Source: Anthoceros angustus (Eukaryota > Plantae > Anthocerotophyta). Taken from it: a stretch of DNA of 64,000 nt. The notes below the pieces were generated by a model. That model searched no databases. It was not told where the DNA came from and worked only from the letters and a program-made list of their open reading frames with translations. Position numbers and translations under genes: made by a program. Positions 1 through 13,277 of the stretch are shown one piece after another. The stretch lies in the NCBI GenBank assembly GCA_010909165.1, contig MU008206.1, positions 248,001 through 312,000 of the forward strand, written 5' to 3'. The stretch's first letter is position 1; the number at the start of each line of letters is the position of its first letter.

Positions 1-438
1 GGAACCATTTTACAGGGAAAAGAAGGCAAGGCGTAGTGCCCCAGTCAGGCGAAAGACTTTGTTTTATTTCCCAAGCTGAACGCATCATCATGGATGTTCC
101 GTTGTCCCAAGCTTGCAAAAAACCCGACATGGTTTACTAGGCACCGTAGTGTGAATGGTGACACTGGGCGATTCCGGCATGGGCCCGTTTGGACGAGGTT
201 GATAACTTCGGCTTGGAGGACAGGCACATTCGCTTCTCCATCTCGACTGACGGTTTCAATCCCAGCGGTCACCGTTCAAGTGCATATTCCATATGGCCAG
301 TTATGCTGGTTATTAATAATCTTCCGCCATGGTTGGCCACAAAGAAAGAGAGCGTCCTCCTGCCGCTGATAATCCCAGGTCCCACACAACCTGCCAACAT
401 GGACGTTTATCTGGAGCCCTTACTGGATGAGCTCGTAA
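1..438 (+). pseudogene. CACTA transposase (Tnp2/Transposase_21 domain), piece 1
   Basis: RHIRFSISTDGFNP...YSIWPVMLVINNLPPW...LIIPGPTQP.NMDVYLEPLLDELV are the standard Tnp2 motifs. There are frameshifts upstream of 189. Confidence 0.93.
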
Positions 439-629
439 CCCTACTAGAAAAGGGCACCCCATGTTACAGTCGATGTTGCAATTTTTTGTTACACTTCCAC
501 ATTGCAACATGTTTTGGAGGCTTGGTATTAAGTTTGTTAGTTACATCCCCGTTTAGTGCGACCATCTTAACACGAACACGGCACTCTCTCTTCCCACCTC
601 ACCCTTCCGGGTACACCTCTCTCACAAGC

Positions 630-3600
630 TATGGCGCGACTTTTGCTGACGGCCAGCCGGGCGCGCACAATCCCGTGTCGTTGTAGGAAGGAGTCCGTTC
701 CCAAGGGAATGATAGGCTCCGTTTGCCGCGTTTCAGACGATTCTCACTTCACTTTGCGTCCATTCAGTCTCAACGCACATTCATCAGTTCGCATCTAACT
801 ACTCGCAACGTTCACCGCACAGGCCCGGTGTGGCCAAACGTTTAAGGACCTGTCGTCTTCGCTCACACGTCACTCGCACCTCTAGTCCGTTCCTCTCCAC
901 TCACACTACACTTATCGGTCTTAGGGAAAGACGGGTTACAGCCCGACCTCCTCCTTCTTGCTCGGCCTTCCGTCCGGGCTCTACGCCCTCCGAGTCCCTC
1001 CGGCCACACGCCCGTCCGCTCGGCGCCGGGCCGCGCTCGACGAGCACGGGTCCCCAGTCACCCTTCCCTGCACACACCACAACACGTTAGGTCCGTCACG
1101 GAACCTTGATCAATCTCTCCGGAGCTGTCGTGCCTGTTCAGTGACTCAGGACTCACGTTAGCAAGAAGACACACAAAGTGCAGAGCGGCATCAACACCAA
1201 GAAAGATGATTTATTGAGCTGACCCTCTTATACTACGCCCAAGTCGGCGCCTTTATTACACCCCCTATTCTGAGCTGATGGCCAGCTCAGTATACCCTAA
1301 TCGGCCGCCTACCATCCTATTTCCTCCTATCTCCTTCGTCGGCGGTGGGGCTGGGAAGGTCCCGGGTTCCGCCTTGGGATTGGTGGTCCAATCTCCCGTC
1401 TGATTCGGCGCGCAATCGGATGATCCGCGAGGCGGACCTCCTTCTCCCGAACTCCGCCAGTTACACGGCGGCGGTCGACGACCGCCACTACACAACGCCC
1501 TCCCCTCGGCCTCCCGTGGGTCCCCTCGGTGGGGCCACGCTATCTGCTCCCCTAGCGTAAGTCGAAGGGGCTCCTCCTCATCGCCGAGTCCCGACCTCGA
1601 GGTCCGGTCTCGACTCCGGAGTCTGAACTCCAGGAGTCCGTCTTATTTCCTGAGTCCGGTCGGCTGGGTCGGCCTCGTCTGAGGTTCGGACCTCGAGGTC
1701 CCACACACCACGTTAGGTCCGGTCCCCAAGCTCCGGACCCCTTATCTGTGGACCTCGTACTGCTAGGTCCTCATCCCTACCCCCCGACCCTTGTCTTGGG
1801 TCGGGTTGGCTCCTCGCCCCTTTGGGCCGCCTCCCTTCTCCCGGCGGGTTGCGGTGAACTTACCCCCGAGGTTCAAGGCCTCGCCTCCTTGAGGCTCTTC
1901 TCCCCATTGCCGTCGTCTCCAAACAGGGCCACTAGAGTCCCCGTGCTGTCCCCATGCCCTTCTTCCCCTCTGAGCCTTCCAGGGTCCGCCTATTTTACCG
2001 AGAGGCTTCATCGCTTTCAGAGCTCGTGGTAATAGGCAAAGTCCGAATCCACTTGTTGAATTGCTCTTCCACGTGTGCCCGAGCACCCGATACTCCCTTC
2101 GCCATAGGTGCTCCGGAGCCGAGCGTGCCTTGTTGGACCACCTCCCCGCCAGTTTGATAGCCGGAGCCGCCGCACGCGAGGCGCAAGGGGCCGCCTCCAC
2201 AGCCTCCCGCCGCCTCCCGCCGCCTCCTGCTGCGCTACCCCTCTCACTGCGAGGTCCTCGGCCTCCCGTTTCCCTTCCTCAATTCGGCCGAGCTTGGCCT
2301 TCCTCCTTGCCTCTTCCGCCTCCGCCCATTCGGGCCGTTAACTCCGCCATCTCCCTCTCAGACGGTCGGGCAACTGCATCGCGGGCTTCGCCTGTGTCCT
2401 TCTCCATTTCGGCGGCGTCCTGCTCCTGTTCCATCGCCGTCTCCTCCGTCCAGCAGTGGGGCGCTCTCTATTTCGTGATCGCGACCGCCTGCGAGACTAC
2501 CATTCCTCTCAATGGTAGTTTGAGCCGCAGCCCAAGGTCTCCTTGCGGTCTTCCATCTCCTTCTTGCTCCACCTCACGCAGCCGAGTCCGAGATCCTCCA
2601 TCTCCTTGTCGCGAGCTTCCTTGGCTGGGGTCCGCTTGCTCGCCTCTGCTCCATCTTGAGGCTGGGCGCTCTATCACTCGAGTCTTGGACTCTCTCGTTG
2701 AGAACCCCTTGCTCCTTGGCCCTTTTGGCGAGCTCCTTCTCCGCCTCCCTCTACCTCCTGCTGCGCCACAGGGTCCCGATTTCCGGTCTTGGCCTCCGGT
2801 TTCCACACGGCTCGTCGTGCTTGCTCTTCTTGCTCGGCTTGATTGGCGGCTACGCCTCCCTCCACGGCTGATCACTGAGCCGGCCTACTGCTGGCTTCCG
2901 CCTCGGCCACCTTCACAGGCTTCTCGGCTTGGCTGGTCTGGTCGGGCCGCCTCCGCCGAGTCAGAGCCCTCTCCGCTTGCGCCCGGGCCTCTTAGCCTCT
3001 GCTGCGCTACCCCTCTCACTGCGAGGTCCTCGGCCGCGCTTGGGCCTCCTTCGCCTCCTGCTCCTCCGGTGAAGGAATTTAGTCCGGTCCTTGCGAATGG
3101 ACGGACTTCCCTCTCGGCCTCCGGCGTTTCCCTTCCTCAATTCGGCCGAGCTTGGCCTTCCTCCTTGCCTCCACAGGCCCCTCAAGCTGCTCACGGAGGA
3201 GTACCATCGCGCCGGTGGCTTCTACCTCCGGGTCTTCTCGGCCATCCATGAGACCCCAAAGCATACCGTCCATGACGTAGCTGTGACCCCGTGTTTCTTC
3301 CACGGCCGCCGTGAGGCTCCCACAAAGTCCGTAGTGGGGCGGGCATTTCATGTCCGCCAGGACCTCCATACCGCAGCCGAGTAAGTCGGTGGGTTCTCGG
3401 ACCTAATCGGGACCCTTAGGTCTGAGTCTTGGCTTCGAGCTTCACCCTCCTTGGCCCTTTTGGCGAGCTCCTTCTCCGCCCTTTTTCTCACGGGGCTCGG
3501 AGGAGGTGAGGGGTCCGGAGCAAGCCTTTTGCCTCTTCGCCGGAGGCAGGACCCGGCTCGAGTGCAGTGCTGCGGTGACCTCCACTCCAGGCGTCCCTTC

Positions 3601-5285
3601 GCCCTCCTTCGCCTCTTCTTGCCACTCAGGTAGGCGGGGTAAGAACTTGGCACCGTCGAGGTCTTTGCGTTGTAAACCATCTTGCGTCTCTTGGTTCCCT
3701 TGGTCCGTGAGGCTCGGCGGTTGTGGTGGTGGTGGGCTATTGAGTCTGGCCGCCTCGCAGACCGGGCCGCTGGGCACTGGGAGGAGGGAAGGGATTTCTC
3801 CCATACTTCCACAGGTGGTGAGGGGTCCGTTCGGACGTATGGAGTCGAATTCCCTCGATCGTCCTCCTCCGGGTCCGTTTGGCCTTGAGGTCGGCCCCCA
3901 CCTCGGGCGCCCTTGCGCTCCACTTGGCGGGGCCTCCTGCTCCTTGGCCCTTTTGGCGAGCTCCTTCTCCGCCTCCTTGAGGAGCTCGAAATGTCCCCAT
4001 ACATGGAATCGTGCATGACCTGATGGCGAGGCTTCGCCTTAGCTTGCGGCCTCGACTAACCGGCGAAGATAATCCTTCCCCCGCCTCTTCCTCAACAGAG
4101 CGCATGCGAGAATACCAGGTTATCACCAAGGTGATCCACCTTGGTGAGTGTTCCAATGGACAATGATCCGGGCTACCGCTCTTACCACCGGGCCCAAGAG
4201 CTCTGATATCAACCAGCCGTTGGTTGTCCTCTGCCTGTGCCTCAAAGATCGCCACTGCTGTCGCCCTATCTTCCTTCGCCTTGAGGGGCCCGCACCACAC
4301 CCCTTCTTCCTCCTTTGGGCGGTTGTAGGCCGCCTCGGGACCTCAAGGTCCATCGCCTCGGGTCCTCCGGAGGTTCTTGATCAACCTCCTTGTTGGCCGC
4401 CAACATCTTCGGCGAACTCCCGACTGTGAGAGTACGCCGAACGTCTGCATCCCTGAACACATCCGGTGCCACTCCTCGACTAATTCCCGCTTCCTCGGCC
4501 GGGGCCCAAAGTCCGGATAGCGCGGGTCACAATGTTGCGCTCTCACGAGGTTCCATGGCTCCCAAACCTCCGCGAGCTTTTGGGTGCCATCGCTTCCCCT
4601 TGTCGAGCCGCCGACCGAGTTCACTGGCACGATCGCCCTCCTCGCCGCCGCTCCAACCCGGCGGTGAACCACGCCGAAGGTGCTTGGGCGCTCAAAGAGA
4701 TAGCGCGAGAGGGGTTGCGGGCGCAAGAGATCGAGAATTGTCTCGAGGCTGCGCAGCGAAATGACCTTCCCCTTCGGCCGCGCCTTTGGGAGTAACATGG
4801 AAGGCGCCTCGTCAGAATCGCCAGAGGTCTGCATGGCTTATTCTGACCTTACGCCTCCGCTTACTCTGGCCTTACGCCGCCGCGTACTGCGGCCTTACGC
4901 TGCACCGCGTGAATACCGCTATAACCCCTGCAAGGCTACGGCCCGCCGCATGCCCGACCTCCACTCGGGGCCGTCACGTGGCGCTTAGTCCGTCCCTCAC
5001 GACTCAACTTCTAAGTTACTTTCCTGGCGTACTTATCCTGTTTGACCGGAGTGGGGTCCGGACTTATCCTGTTTGACCGGGTGGGGTCGGACTTATCCGT
5101 TACCCCAGCGTCGGTGACGCCATAGTGGGTCGAGTGCGTTGCCACTCCGAGTCCGAGTATACTCCGAGTGCCCGAGTGCTATCCATGCTTATTCCTCCTT
5201 TTCCGCCTTATTTTATCCTCCAATCCTACGAAAAAAACAAAACCCTACTTATTTCTTAACCCCCAAGGGAAGTCCGTAGCCCACA
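630..5285 (-). mobile_element. Giant solo-LTR-like unit, copy 1 (4656 bp; probably Ty3/gypsy-derived)
   Basis: 5-bp TSD CAAGC at 625-629 and 5286-5290. Termini are T(A)TGG...CCACA. It is homologous end to end, in inverted orientation, to 52941-57312. TATAAGA and AATAAA lie on the minus strand at about 1232-1210. There are no gag/pol motifs and no terminal direct repeats. Confidence 0.85.
1870..4834 (-). pseudogene. Frameshifted long ORF of unknown function inside solo-LTR copy 1
   Basis: Peptide blocks shared with copy 2: RAQHCDPRYPDFGP, KMLAANKEV, MDLEVPR, PLKAKEDR, AKRAKEGEA..SDLR.PIRSENP, AIQQVDSDFAYYH. Boundaries are approximate. Confidence 0.65.
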
Positions 5286-6417
5286 CAAGCATTATTAATA
5301 ATTTCCCACCTGCCCTTGTTACAGTCGTGTTGCAATTTTATGTAACACTTCCAACTTGCAACATGTTTTGATGGCTTGGTGTTAAGTTGGTCCATTTTTT
5401 CTCTTCCTTCTCCCACCATCCTAACACAATGCTTGGTCTCTCACTTCATGTACCACTTCAAAATTGCAACACTCTTTGGTGGCTTGGTGTTCAAGGTGTC
5501 AATTTCTTATCCACCTTCTCACCCCATCTTAACACAATGCTTGGTCTCTCCTCTCACCTCACCTGCTAGTTATATTGCCCCCTTATCACACCCTTTTATA
5601 CTCTTTCACTTCTCCTCCTCCATCATGACCGTGAGAAGGACCTCCCCTATCACAACCATTTTATACTCTTCCTCTTCCTCTTGCAACATGATTGTAACAA
5701 GGACCTCTCTCTCCCCCAGGGGGCTGTCCTTCCCTTCCTATTTTACCTCCTTTGTATATCCTTTGTATACATATATATGTATATAGGCTTCAAGACATAA
5801 GTATGTGTAAGTATGTGTACATATATATGTACACATCCATCTGTTATACTTATATTATATTAGTGTACTTATATATGCCTCCTTTGTATACGTATATACG
5901 TATGTATATAGGCGTCAAGACTTGTTTATATAGTAATATGTATGTGCTAACCCTTACGTCACTCTCATACCTTGCATATATAAGTGTTTGATTTTATTGA
6001 CAAATTAATTGGAATTTTTGGACAGTTCAAGCGTCCTCTATCCCTTTCGCATCGGTGGCTTTGTTGCCACCGATGCAATTGGCTTTATCTACAAACATGT
6101 ACGTCTTCCAAGTGATATGGCCATATGCCTCTGACGCCACTTGGTGACTCTTCGACCAACACCATTGTTTTCGTGGTTCCTCCACAACTTCCTAGACCTA
6201 TCCGGCCTCAATCACCACTTTCACGGCGAAGGACCCTGTAAATGCTAGGCTATAAAGGTGGGAATACCAATTCCATCTGTTTGTCGATTGACCATCACCG
6301 GTCCACCCACGTCTTGGCGACTCCGGCAAGAAAATGGCTCAACATTCACATTCCTCCACAAACGGCCCACCGCCACGGTTGTTTTCCAGTTGCATTCGGC
6401 ATGCGCTCGCATTCTCT

Positions 6418-6508
6418 CATCCGTGTTCCCCACCATCTCTCGGTTCTCTCCACATCCGTGTTCCCCACCATCTCTCCAGCCCCTCACATCCGTGTTCCCC
6501 ACCATCTA
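6418..6508 (+). repeat. Short tandem repeat, 3 copies of CATCCGTGTTCCCCACCATCT (period about 35 bp)
   Basis: Direct reading of the sequence. Confidence 0.85.
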
Positions 6509-9500
6509 CGTTGCCTCCAGATCACTTGACGGTGACGCTTGCCACCTTTCCTCCATCTTCCTTCTCTCCACTAGTATCATGCCTTCCTTCCCGACATGGC
6601 CTTCACCTTCCACCGCTTTCCTTCCCTTCTTCCCTGCAGTCATGCACACACATCACTTAGAGCTCACGTCCTACATATCACCACGCACCAACCATCAACT
6701 CCTCATTCTCCACCCAACCTCCATCGCATAACCGCTCACGCCATGTACACTCCACCACGCCCATCGCACAACACGGCAATGACGCTAGTGGCTTACCAAC
6801 CGCCCATCAATTCTCCAATTTGTAGTGGCAATGTAGTCGGTATGTCGTCTCCACCTCATCATCCGCCATCTCCACATCCGCCTCCTCTTGCGCTTTCCCC
6901 ATCATTGCCGCCACCGTGTCCTTCTCCTCACCGCCCTCCGACCATCATATGCACGCGTTCCTTGGCCCGCCTCCGCAACCGCCTCCTCCAAGAGAGTCTC
7001 CACTCCCAGCGGTTCCTCCCTCCACAGGCATCCTCCTCCCACGTTGTTGGGGTTATCCATCGCCACCGAATGGAAGGTCCACAAGACCAATGGCCTCTCT
7101 CGCCACCACACGGTCGGCCTCTTGGGCACCACCATGCTCCTCCCGATCACCACAGTCCTCTTTCTCCTGACTCACGCCAATTCCTCCTCCTCCCGATGTC
7201 ACGGCCTGGCGATTCCTCCTCGAAAGTTTTGGATTCTCTCCTGCAGCAAGCAGCTCCAGCGTTAGCTCCCCACCTATTAGAGACACCCACTCCCCTTGCG
7301 GCCGCTTTCTCTCAGCATCGTCCTCCTCTTTGGCAGCAGACTCCACTGCTGTTGGAAGTTGCTCCCCTCCAGCACCCGACACCTCTCTCGCCGCCTCCTG
7401 CTCCACGCGATGATCATCCACCCTCTCCACTTCAGTTGAATCCGCATTCTCCACAGGCGTGCCCACCTCACTTGCCGCGCTAGGACCATCCTTCGCCGTG
7501 CTTCCATCCAAGAAGGGGGACTACGTGGCATGCCATGCCAGTCTTGCCATGCCACCTTCCTCACGCTACTTCATGTTTGTGCACACAAACACGAAACCTT
7601 CCTTGTCCACGTATGCCATTCCTCCATGCATGCCATATATAGTCCCCGCTTTTTATGACCATTTCGTGACCAAGGACAAGTGTTTGCAATGCGATTTCGA
7701 GTGGCCGATGACCAAGGAAGTGCCATGCCATGACAAGGTCATGGCCATCTTACAACCCGCCATGAACCAAGGACAATGGTTCCCTTTCTCTCAAATAAAA
7801 TTCTCCCTCCACCATGGTCCAAGGAAGGTGGGTGCAAGCCATTAGAATAATTGAAAACTCATGGCATGGAAGAAAACATGCCACGTCAAGGTCGCTTTGA
7901 AGCAGTTTCCAATCGCTTTTGAATAATCTATATCAACATCTACACCATTGTGCAAGGACGGTGGGTGGCACGTGAGAGCCATTCAAGCAAACTAAATGCC
8001 CCTTTCATTATGCCATGAATGAAGGACCGTCCGTATGTGAATTTGCCATATATATGCCAATTCCGTTCTCCTAGATAATGATGTCCATCGTTCGAGACTC
8101 CCATTCGCTCTCCACCAATCATGCGCACACATGGCGTAACGATAATGTATTCACGCCTCGGCACCATGCTAGGGTGACGGCTCGACGTCACTATGGCGCC
8201 GCCCGCAAAGGATTTCCAGCCCTTAGGAGACATGAAAACAAACTTCGCATTCCGCTCCTTTATGGCCGTGGCGCACACACTCATTGCATTTACCAGAACC
8301 GTCATCATATGGTCGACCACCATCAAAGCTCGCCATGTTTGGTTTGTCACATGTAAGGAACAGTTGAAATTCAAGATCCTCTCATCCGCAACCCGATGTG
8401 GCACAGGGCACAAGAGGGCTGAAGGTGGTGGTCCGCTTTAAATGTCACCACCTTGCCCTCGCTCACGCTACTACCTTTCTCTTGGTCATCCTCGCGGCGA
8501 GCCTGTCTTCGTGAAACATGCACGCGCCTCCTGCTACCTTATGCCATGTATGACGGACATGTTGACGTATGCGGAGCTAGCTTCCGTCGGAAACCTAAAT
8601 GGGCGTGAGTGGTAGTTCGCACCACGAGGCGTGTGTTCATGTCTCCATCTTGGTGCACAACTAGACTGCTGATGGCCATCAAGGATCCTTTGCAAAGGTT
8701 GGAGGCGGTGTCACCGCCTCATGGCGTGGAGCGTCTCGTGGCTATCCCTCGTGGGGACTTGCGTTCGGTGGCGAGGTGGTTCCTTCCACATGGTGCGGGC
8801 ATGGTGTTCGTGACCACACACGGTATGGCTGGGGGTTGTGAGGCCGGATGTGAACACTTTTTGGCCCTATTCGCCTACCTACAAGTCCATGCTGCAGCTA
8901 AAGTGTTTGTGGAATCCGCATAAGTCAAAACCGCCTTCCTCACCGACTGTGGTCTGTGGATCATTGCGGTGTGTGCACATTATTGTTGCACAGTGGTGGA
9001 AACCGACGATGGCCATTAAGGACAAGGGCTGCAATTCCAATGACGATGGCCATCGAGGATGATGGATGGGAGGTTGCTCTCCCTCGCCTACCATCAAGGA
9101 CTGGTATGGAGGCCGTCCCTTGGCTCTTGCCGCCTCGGGCACGCTGAGCAGGACGGTTTATACCTCACAATGTGGGGACATATGCTTACCGTAATTAAAC
9201 ATTGGGATGGGAAAGTCCTTCATCCTTGATCACTACTTGTACTTCCCATGCTGTCACGCAATAAAACTCGATGACCTGTCTTGTCTGCTTGGCGGAATGG
9301 ATGGGTATGGTTTGGTGCCCGTCCATACCGTTGACCAGACATGACAAGTCACCCTTTGCGCACGTCACTTCTGAGTCACGCGTGCTGAAAGTGGAATAAA
9401 TCATGTATGGTGATTGGTTTGCACAGTGCTATAGTCTATTGTCTCCTCCCTCCTGGATGCACAAGGCAATCTTTGGTCAGTGGAAGACGATGATTAATGG

Positions 9501-12259
9501 TAAAATGCAGTAATGGGCGCATTGAGAGCGGTGCGCCATGTGGGCAATATAATACATCATGAGTAACGTACAGCATAACCAATGGGACATGAAACTTGCT
9601 CCCAAGTCTGTCAAGGTTGTGGTCGAAAATTGTTCGATTATGGGCAAGTAGCATGTGCACAATCGCTCCCGCCAAGAGGAGTAAATGACAACCACCGGGC
9701 CTTTGCAAACAAAGCTTTTCAAAATAGCAGCCTTGAATTCGGTACCGGGACTCATGGCCCGCACCTTTCACGAGAGGAAGCCATTGCCTTGATGGCACGA
9801 AGGTGGTGGACAACCGGTTCGCAGGATGGGGAGTATGGCGAGGTGAAGCTTGCTAGGGGAGTCACGTCTGAAGCTGCGAACACCATAGTGGACGCCGCCG
9901 AGGCTGCACGTGATCCGGGTGGGGAGGATGAGGGGCCAAATGGCCTCGGGCTATCTCGCTCATCCACCGCACCCGGCGGTCTCCATTCGACATCGGCGAT
10001 GTGAAGAAGCGGCCTCCTCGTCAAGACTCGGCCAGAGAGGTAAGAGGCGACATGGCTGCCGAGCCCACTTGATTTTGACGACTTTGAGACGTGGAACCTC
10101 CCCCCATGACGGAGTTGGAGCACACGGGGAAGTGAAGGAAATAGATGAAGAGCTATTTCGCTGGATGAGGTGGGTTTTCGCAGACTAATGGCAAGTGACG
10201 GCAAAGTGTGCACACGCTCAAGTTTGCAGCGGATGAGTGGGCATGGTGGACAAACGGTAACACATGTGCACTGCATGCCGGCAGTGCTCAAGCTTGGAGA
10301 CAAGGGAGGCAACCTTCGAGGACGGTGGCATGCTAGAAGGGAAAGGGTGGAAATCGTGAAAGGCGATAGTGGGGTTCTGCCCGAGTTCCTTCAGTAAGAT
10401 AGGGAGTGTATGAAAAGATCCTAGAGGTTCGGCTATTGCAAGGAGAACAAGGAAATGACCATTTTGCTTAACGACATTGAATTGAAGATGGATCCGATAT
10501 GGTGGCCTTTCCGAGACGACGGAAGGAAGGGGTGGGGAGGCAACGATGGTGCACGAGGTGGTGACATGGACGACGAGAGGCTATCAAGGAATGCATGGAA
10601 GGGGCTTGGGAGGAAGGAGGCCGAGGGGCGAGGACAACGGACTTTGAATGGGGAAAGGCAGATGAACAAGGAGCGGGAAGTGGAGAGGTGAGGCTCTTGA
10701 GGAAGCATGCAGGAGGAGGAGGGGGAACCGAGTGGCAGTGTGGACGATATTGTGGTGCCGCGACACCACGATTGCCTAGGATGGTGGAAGCCGCATGCCC
10801 GGATTGGGGTCAATGGAGGCAGGCAACGAGGGTGTCGGTGGGCAGCAAGCAAATAATGGAAAAGAGGTGGAGGGTGCCCGACCGCGGTGTGACCATGTAT
10901 GGGGAGGGTGGAGGCCGAAGAGGAGGAGGAGGAGGAGGAGGGAGGCGGTGGCGGAGGGGGGAACAAGGTGTGTGGAGGCGGAGTCGGGTGGTGGAGCACG
11001 GAGGGGCAATCAACTGTGAAGAAACACACTTGTGTGCACTATGGACAGCCAAAAATCGCAGGGGACTAGGAGGAGGCGGGTGGCGGAGGACGACAAGAGT
11101 GGATCACCCAGCAGCCATGGTCAGGGCAAAAGGCATGCGAACATGAGGCGATGTCGAGGGGAGAGAGAATGAAGGAGGACTAAGAGGGCAACATGCGTGC
11201 TTGATATCGGCAAAAGGCCAATGCAGATGGAGGCCGGGGGGGGACGTGGGGGGCTGCAGAGAACATGGACGCAGCAGAGGAGGCAGGCAAGAGGACGATG
11301 TGCCTAATTTCGTGCAGACACATACCTTGCAGCCTCGGATCTCGAGAGCATGGACTGCATAGTGGAGCCCAGTTGAGGCAATGCCACTGTGATAAAGGGT
11401 GGAGGCCGAAGAGGAAAACGGGAGGAGGAGTAGAGGAGGCAATGGGCAAGTGACAAGGGCACGGCTGCGGCGGGGAAGAAGGAGGACGGAAGAGGAAAAT
11501 GTCCAGCAAGAAGGCGTAAGAAAAGAGGAGGAGGCGGAGGGAAGGTAAGGCAAATGGACGCTTCGTGGAAACCCATTAACTGGATAACTCATGACGGCCA
11601 TGCTGGTTTGTATGTGCAATGTGCCGCAGAAGGCGAGGAAGCGGAGGAAGTGGCAAAGCTTGCCTCACCAAACGCAAGTGGAGGGAAGAAGAAAATTGCG
11701 AATCGAACGGAGGCGGAAGTTTCCTAGAGCATATGACGAGTAGGAAGTGCCTTACATGGAGGCGAAAAGCATAAGCCGCATACCAAATCTCCTCCGCACA
11801 ACACAATCTTGTAGGGGCATAACCTCACAGTGATGCGTCACAATAAGGTGATAGGTGGGGACAATATCTTCTTGGGCGCCATGGCAGGAAGCCGATGGCT
11901 ATTGTTGACGTAGGAAGGACAAACCGCAAGCTAGCATGCTATAAAGTAGGGGTATAAAGGGCCGTCGCTATTTACACGTATAGTAAATACAAAGTATCGT
12001 ACCATGAATATATATGTATCAAAGGTACGATGTAATATGTAATATACAAACTTATTTTATATGAAATTGAATACGCCAGATAGCACTTAGAATAATACAT
12101 TACATTTATCACCGTAGACTACATGCATATAGTACAAGGATGTATTGATACGTATTTGTATATGGTCGTATTGAAGGGCGTGGTGGTAACTACCAAGTAA
12201 AACGTGGTATTTCAAAGGGCAAAAGTAAAAGGGCAATGGTGGATGGGGAGGAGGTTCGG

Positions 12260-12538
12260 TGCAAGCCTCCAAAAGTGTTACAAGACCTCTCTTGTAACAC
12301 TTTAGATGTTGCAATCATGTTGCAATTTTGAGAGGGCAAAACCACCTCTCACTTCATCTTAACATAATTGCAACACCATTGCAACATGATTGCAACAACC
12401 GTGGTATGGTTTCCAAGCCAAAGTGTAACAAGGGGCCCAAAAAGTGTTACATGACCCCAAAATTGTAACATGAGTGTTACATCCAGGGGTCCAAATCTTA
12501 ACATAAAGTGTAACATAGGGTGCCCATTTCTAGTAGGG
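12260..12538 (-). repeat. Right subterminal repeats and TIR of the CCCTA element
   Basis: Clustered TGTTAC/TGTAAC/TTGCAA and CCAAAA.TGT.ACA motifs are inverted relative to the left block (AAGCCTCCAAAA versus TTTTGGAGGCTT). Confidence 0.8.
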
Positions 12539-12541
12539 TAA

Positions 12542-13094
12542 GTTTGTGGGACGGTGTCACTACTGTGGATCATTCCACCCTGCCAGAAGATCCAAAGAGG
12601 ACGTTCCACCTGCGCGCAGCACTGATTCAAGCCACTTGCGACTATCCTGGTTTAGGCAACTTATTTGGGCTGCAAGTCAAGGGTTATCGGGCATGCTTTG
12701 ATTGTGGTGATGAACTGATGGTCGGCGGCCGCTTTGACAAAATTTTGTATGTCACATCACGGTGGAGCCTCACACTCAAGACGCAAGGCCAGGCAAAACC
12801 GCGTGAGGCATTCAACAATGCTCCAGGCCGCCTCCCGCGGTGGATGTGGCCAGTGGCACGAGATGGCACGGTGGGAGGTGTCGAGCAAGAAGACTCGGGC
12901 CATGCCCAAGCAAGTATAGGAGACAATCAATGTTCTTCATAAAGGCCATAAGCAGGTATAATGCTTAACAACGGCTTTATCTCAGGCCGATTACCCAGGC
13001 ATCTCCTCATGGAAGCAATGCACTATGCTGGAGAGTACATGGCCGTCAAGCATCCTGCTTTGCAAGGGATTTTACAAGCAAGCCCAACAAATGA
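12542..13094 (+). pseudogene. CACTA transposase piece 2 (end of Tnp2 domain joined to a DUF4218-like remnant; internally deleted)
   Basis: LWDGVTTVD...FHLRAALIQATCDYPGLGNLFGLQVKGYRACFDC, followed shortly by WMWPV.R (the WMYP.ER-type motif). Confidence 0.85.
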
Positions 13095-13277
13095 TGACAG
13101 AAACTGCTAGGGAGAGACAGCAAACTTGATAACAACAATAATTATTAAATAAGTTTACAAAGAGGTGTCCTTATATACTAAACTCAAAGATTACTACACA
13201 ACCCTTCATTATATATATAACCTAATCTAGGTAGCTAGGTAACTAGTGCCCGTTACTAATAACCCTCGGGTTTAACA
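13095..13277 (-). repeat. 3' LTR of copia A
   Basis: Direct repeat of 39080-39268. Confidence 0.93.

Larger units (their letters stand above)
460..5560 (+). repeat. Left subterminal repeats of the CCCTA element (split by the 630-5285 insertion)
   Basis: The block TGTTACAGTCG..TGTTGCAATTTT..TTGCAACATGTTTTG..GGCTTGGT occurs at about 460-535, 5315-5390 and partly at 5460-5495. Confidence 0.75.
439..12538. mobile_element. Non-autonomous CACTA-like element with CCCTA termini (about 7.4 kb after removing the nested insertion)
   Basis: 30-bp TIRs CCCTACTAGAAAAGGGCACCCCATGTTACA (439-468) and reverse-complement CCCTACTAGAAATGGGCACCCTATGTTACA (12509-12538) differ at 2 positions. The 3-bp TSD TAA is at 436-438 and 12539-12541. 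Removing the element restores the host frame ...DELV-SLWDG.... No transposase motif was recognised inside. Confidence 0.92.

Noticed and set aside
2061-3251. 396-aa plus-strand ORF
   Set aside because: It is a Ser/Pro/Leu-rich antisense shadow of the GC-rich minus-strand ORF, with no domain.
630-5285. DIRS/tyrosine-recombinase element or TIR DNA transposon
   Set aside because: No RT, recombinase or transposase motifs were seen. The inverted ends are only 5 bp and there is a 5-bp TSD, which fits an LTR.
6596-7483. 295-aa Pro/His-rich ORF as an extensin-like host gene
   Set aside because: It is low complexity with several overlapping open frames, lies inside a transposon, and has no clear signal peptide or regular SPPPP repeats.
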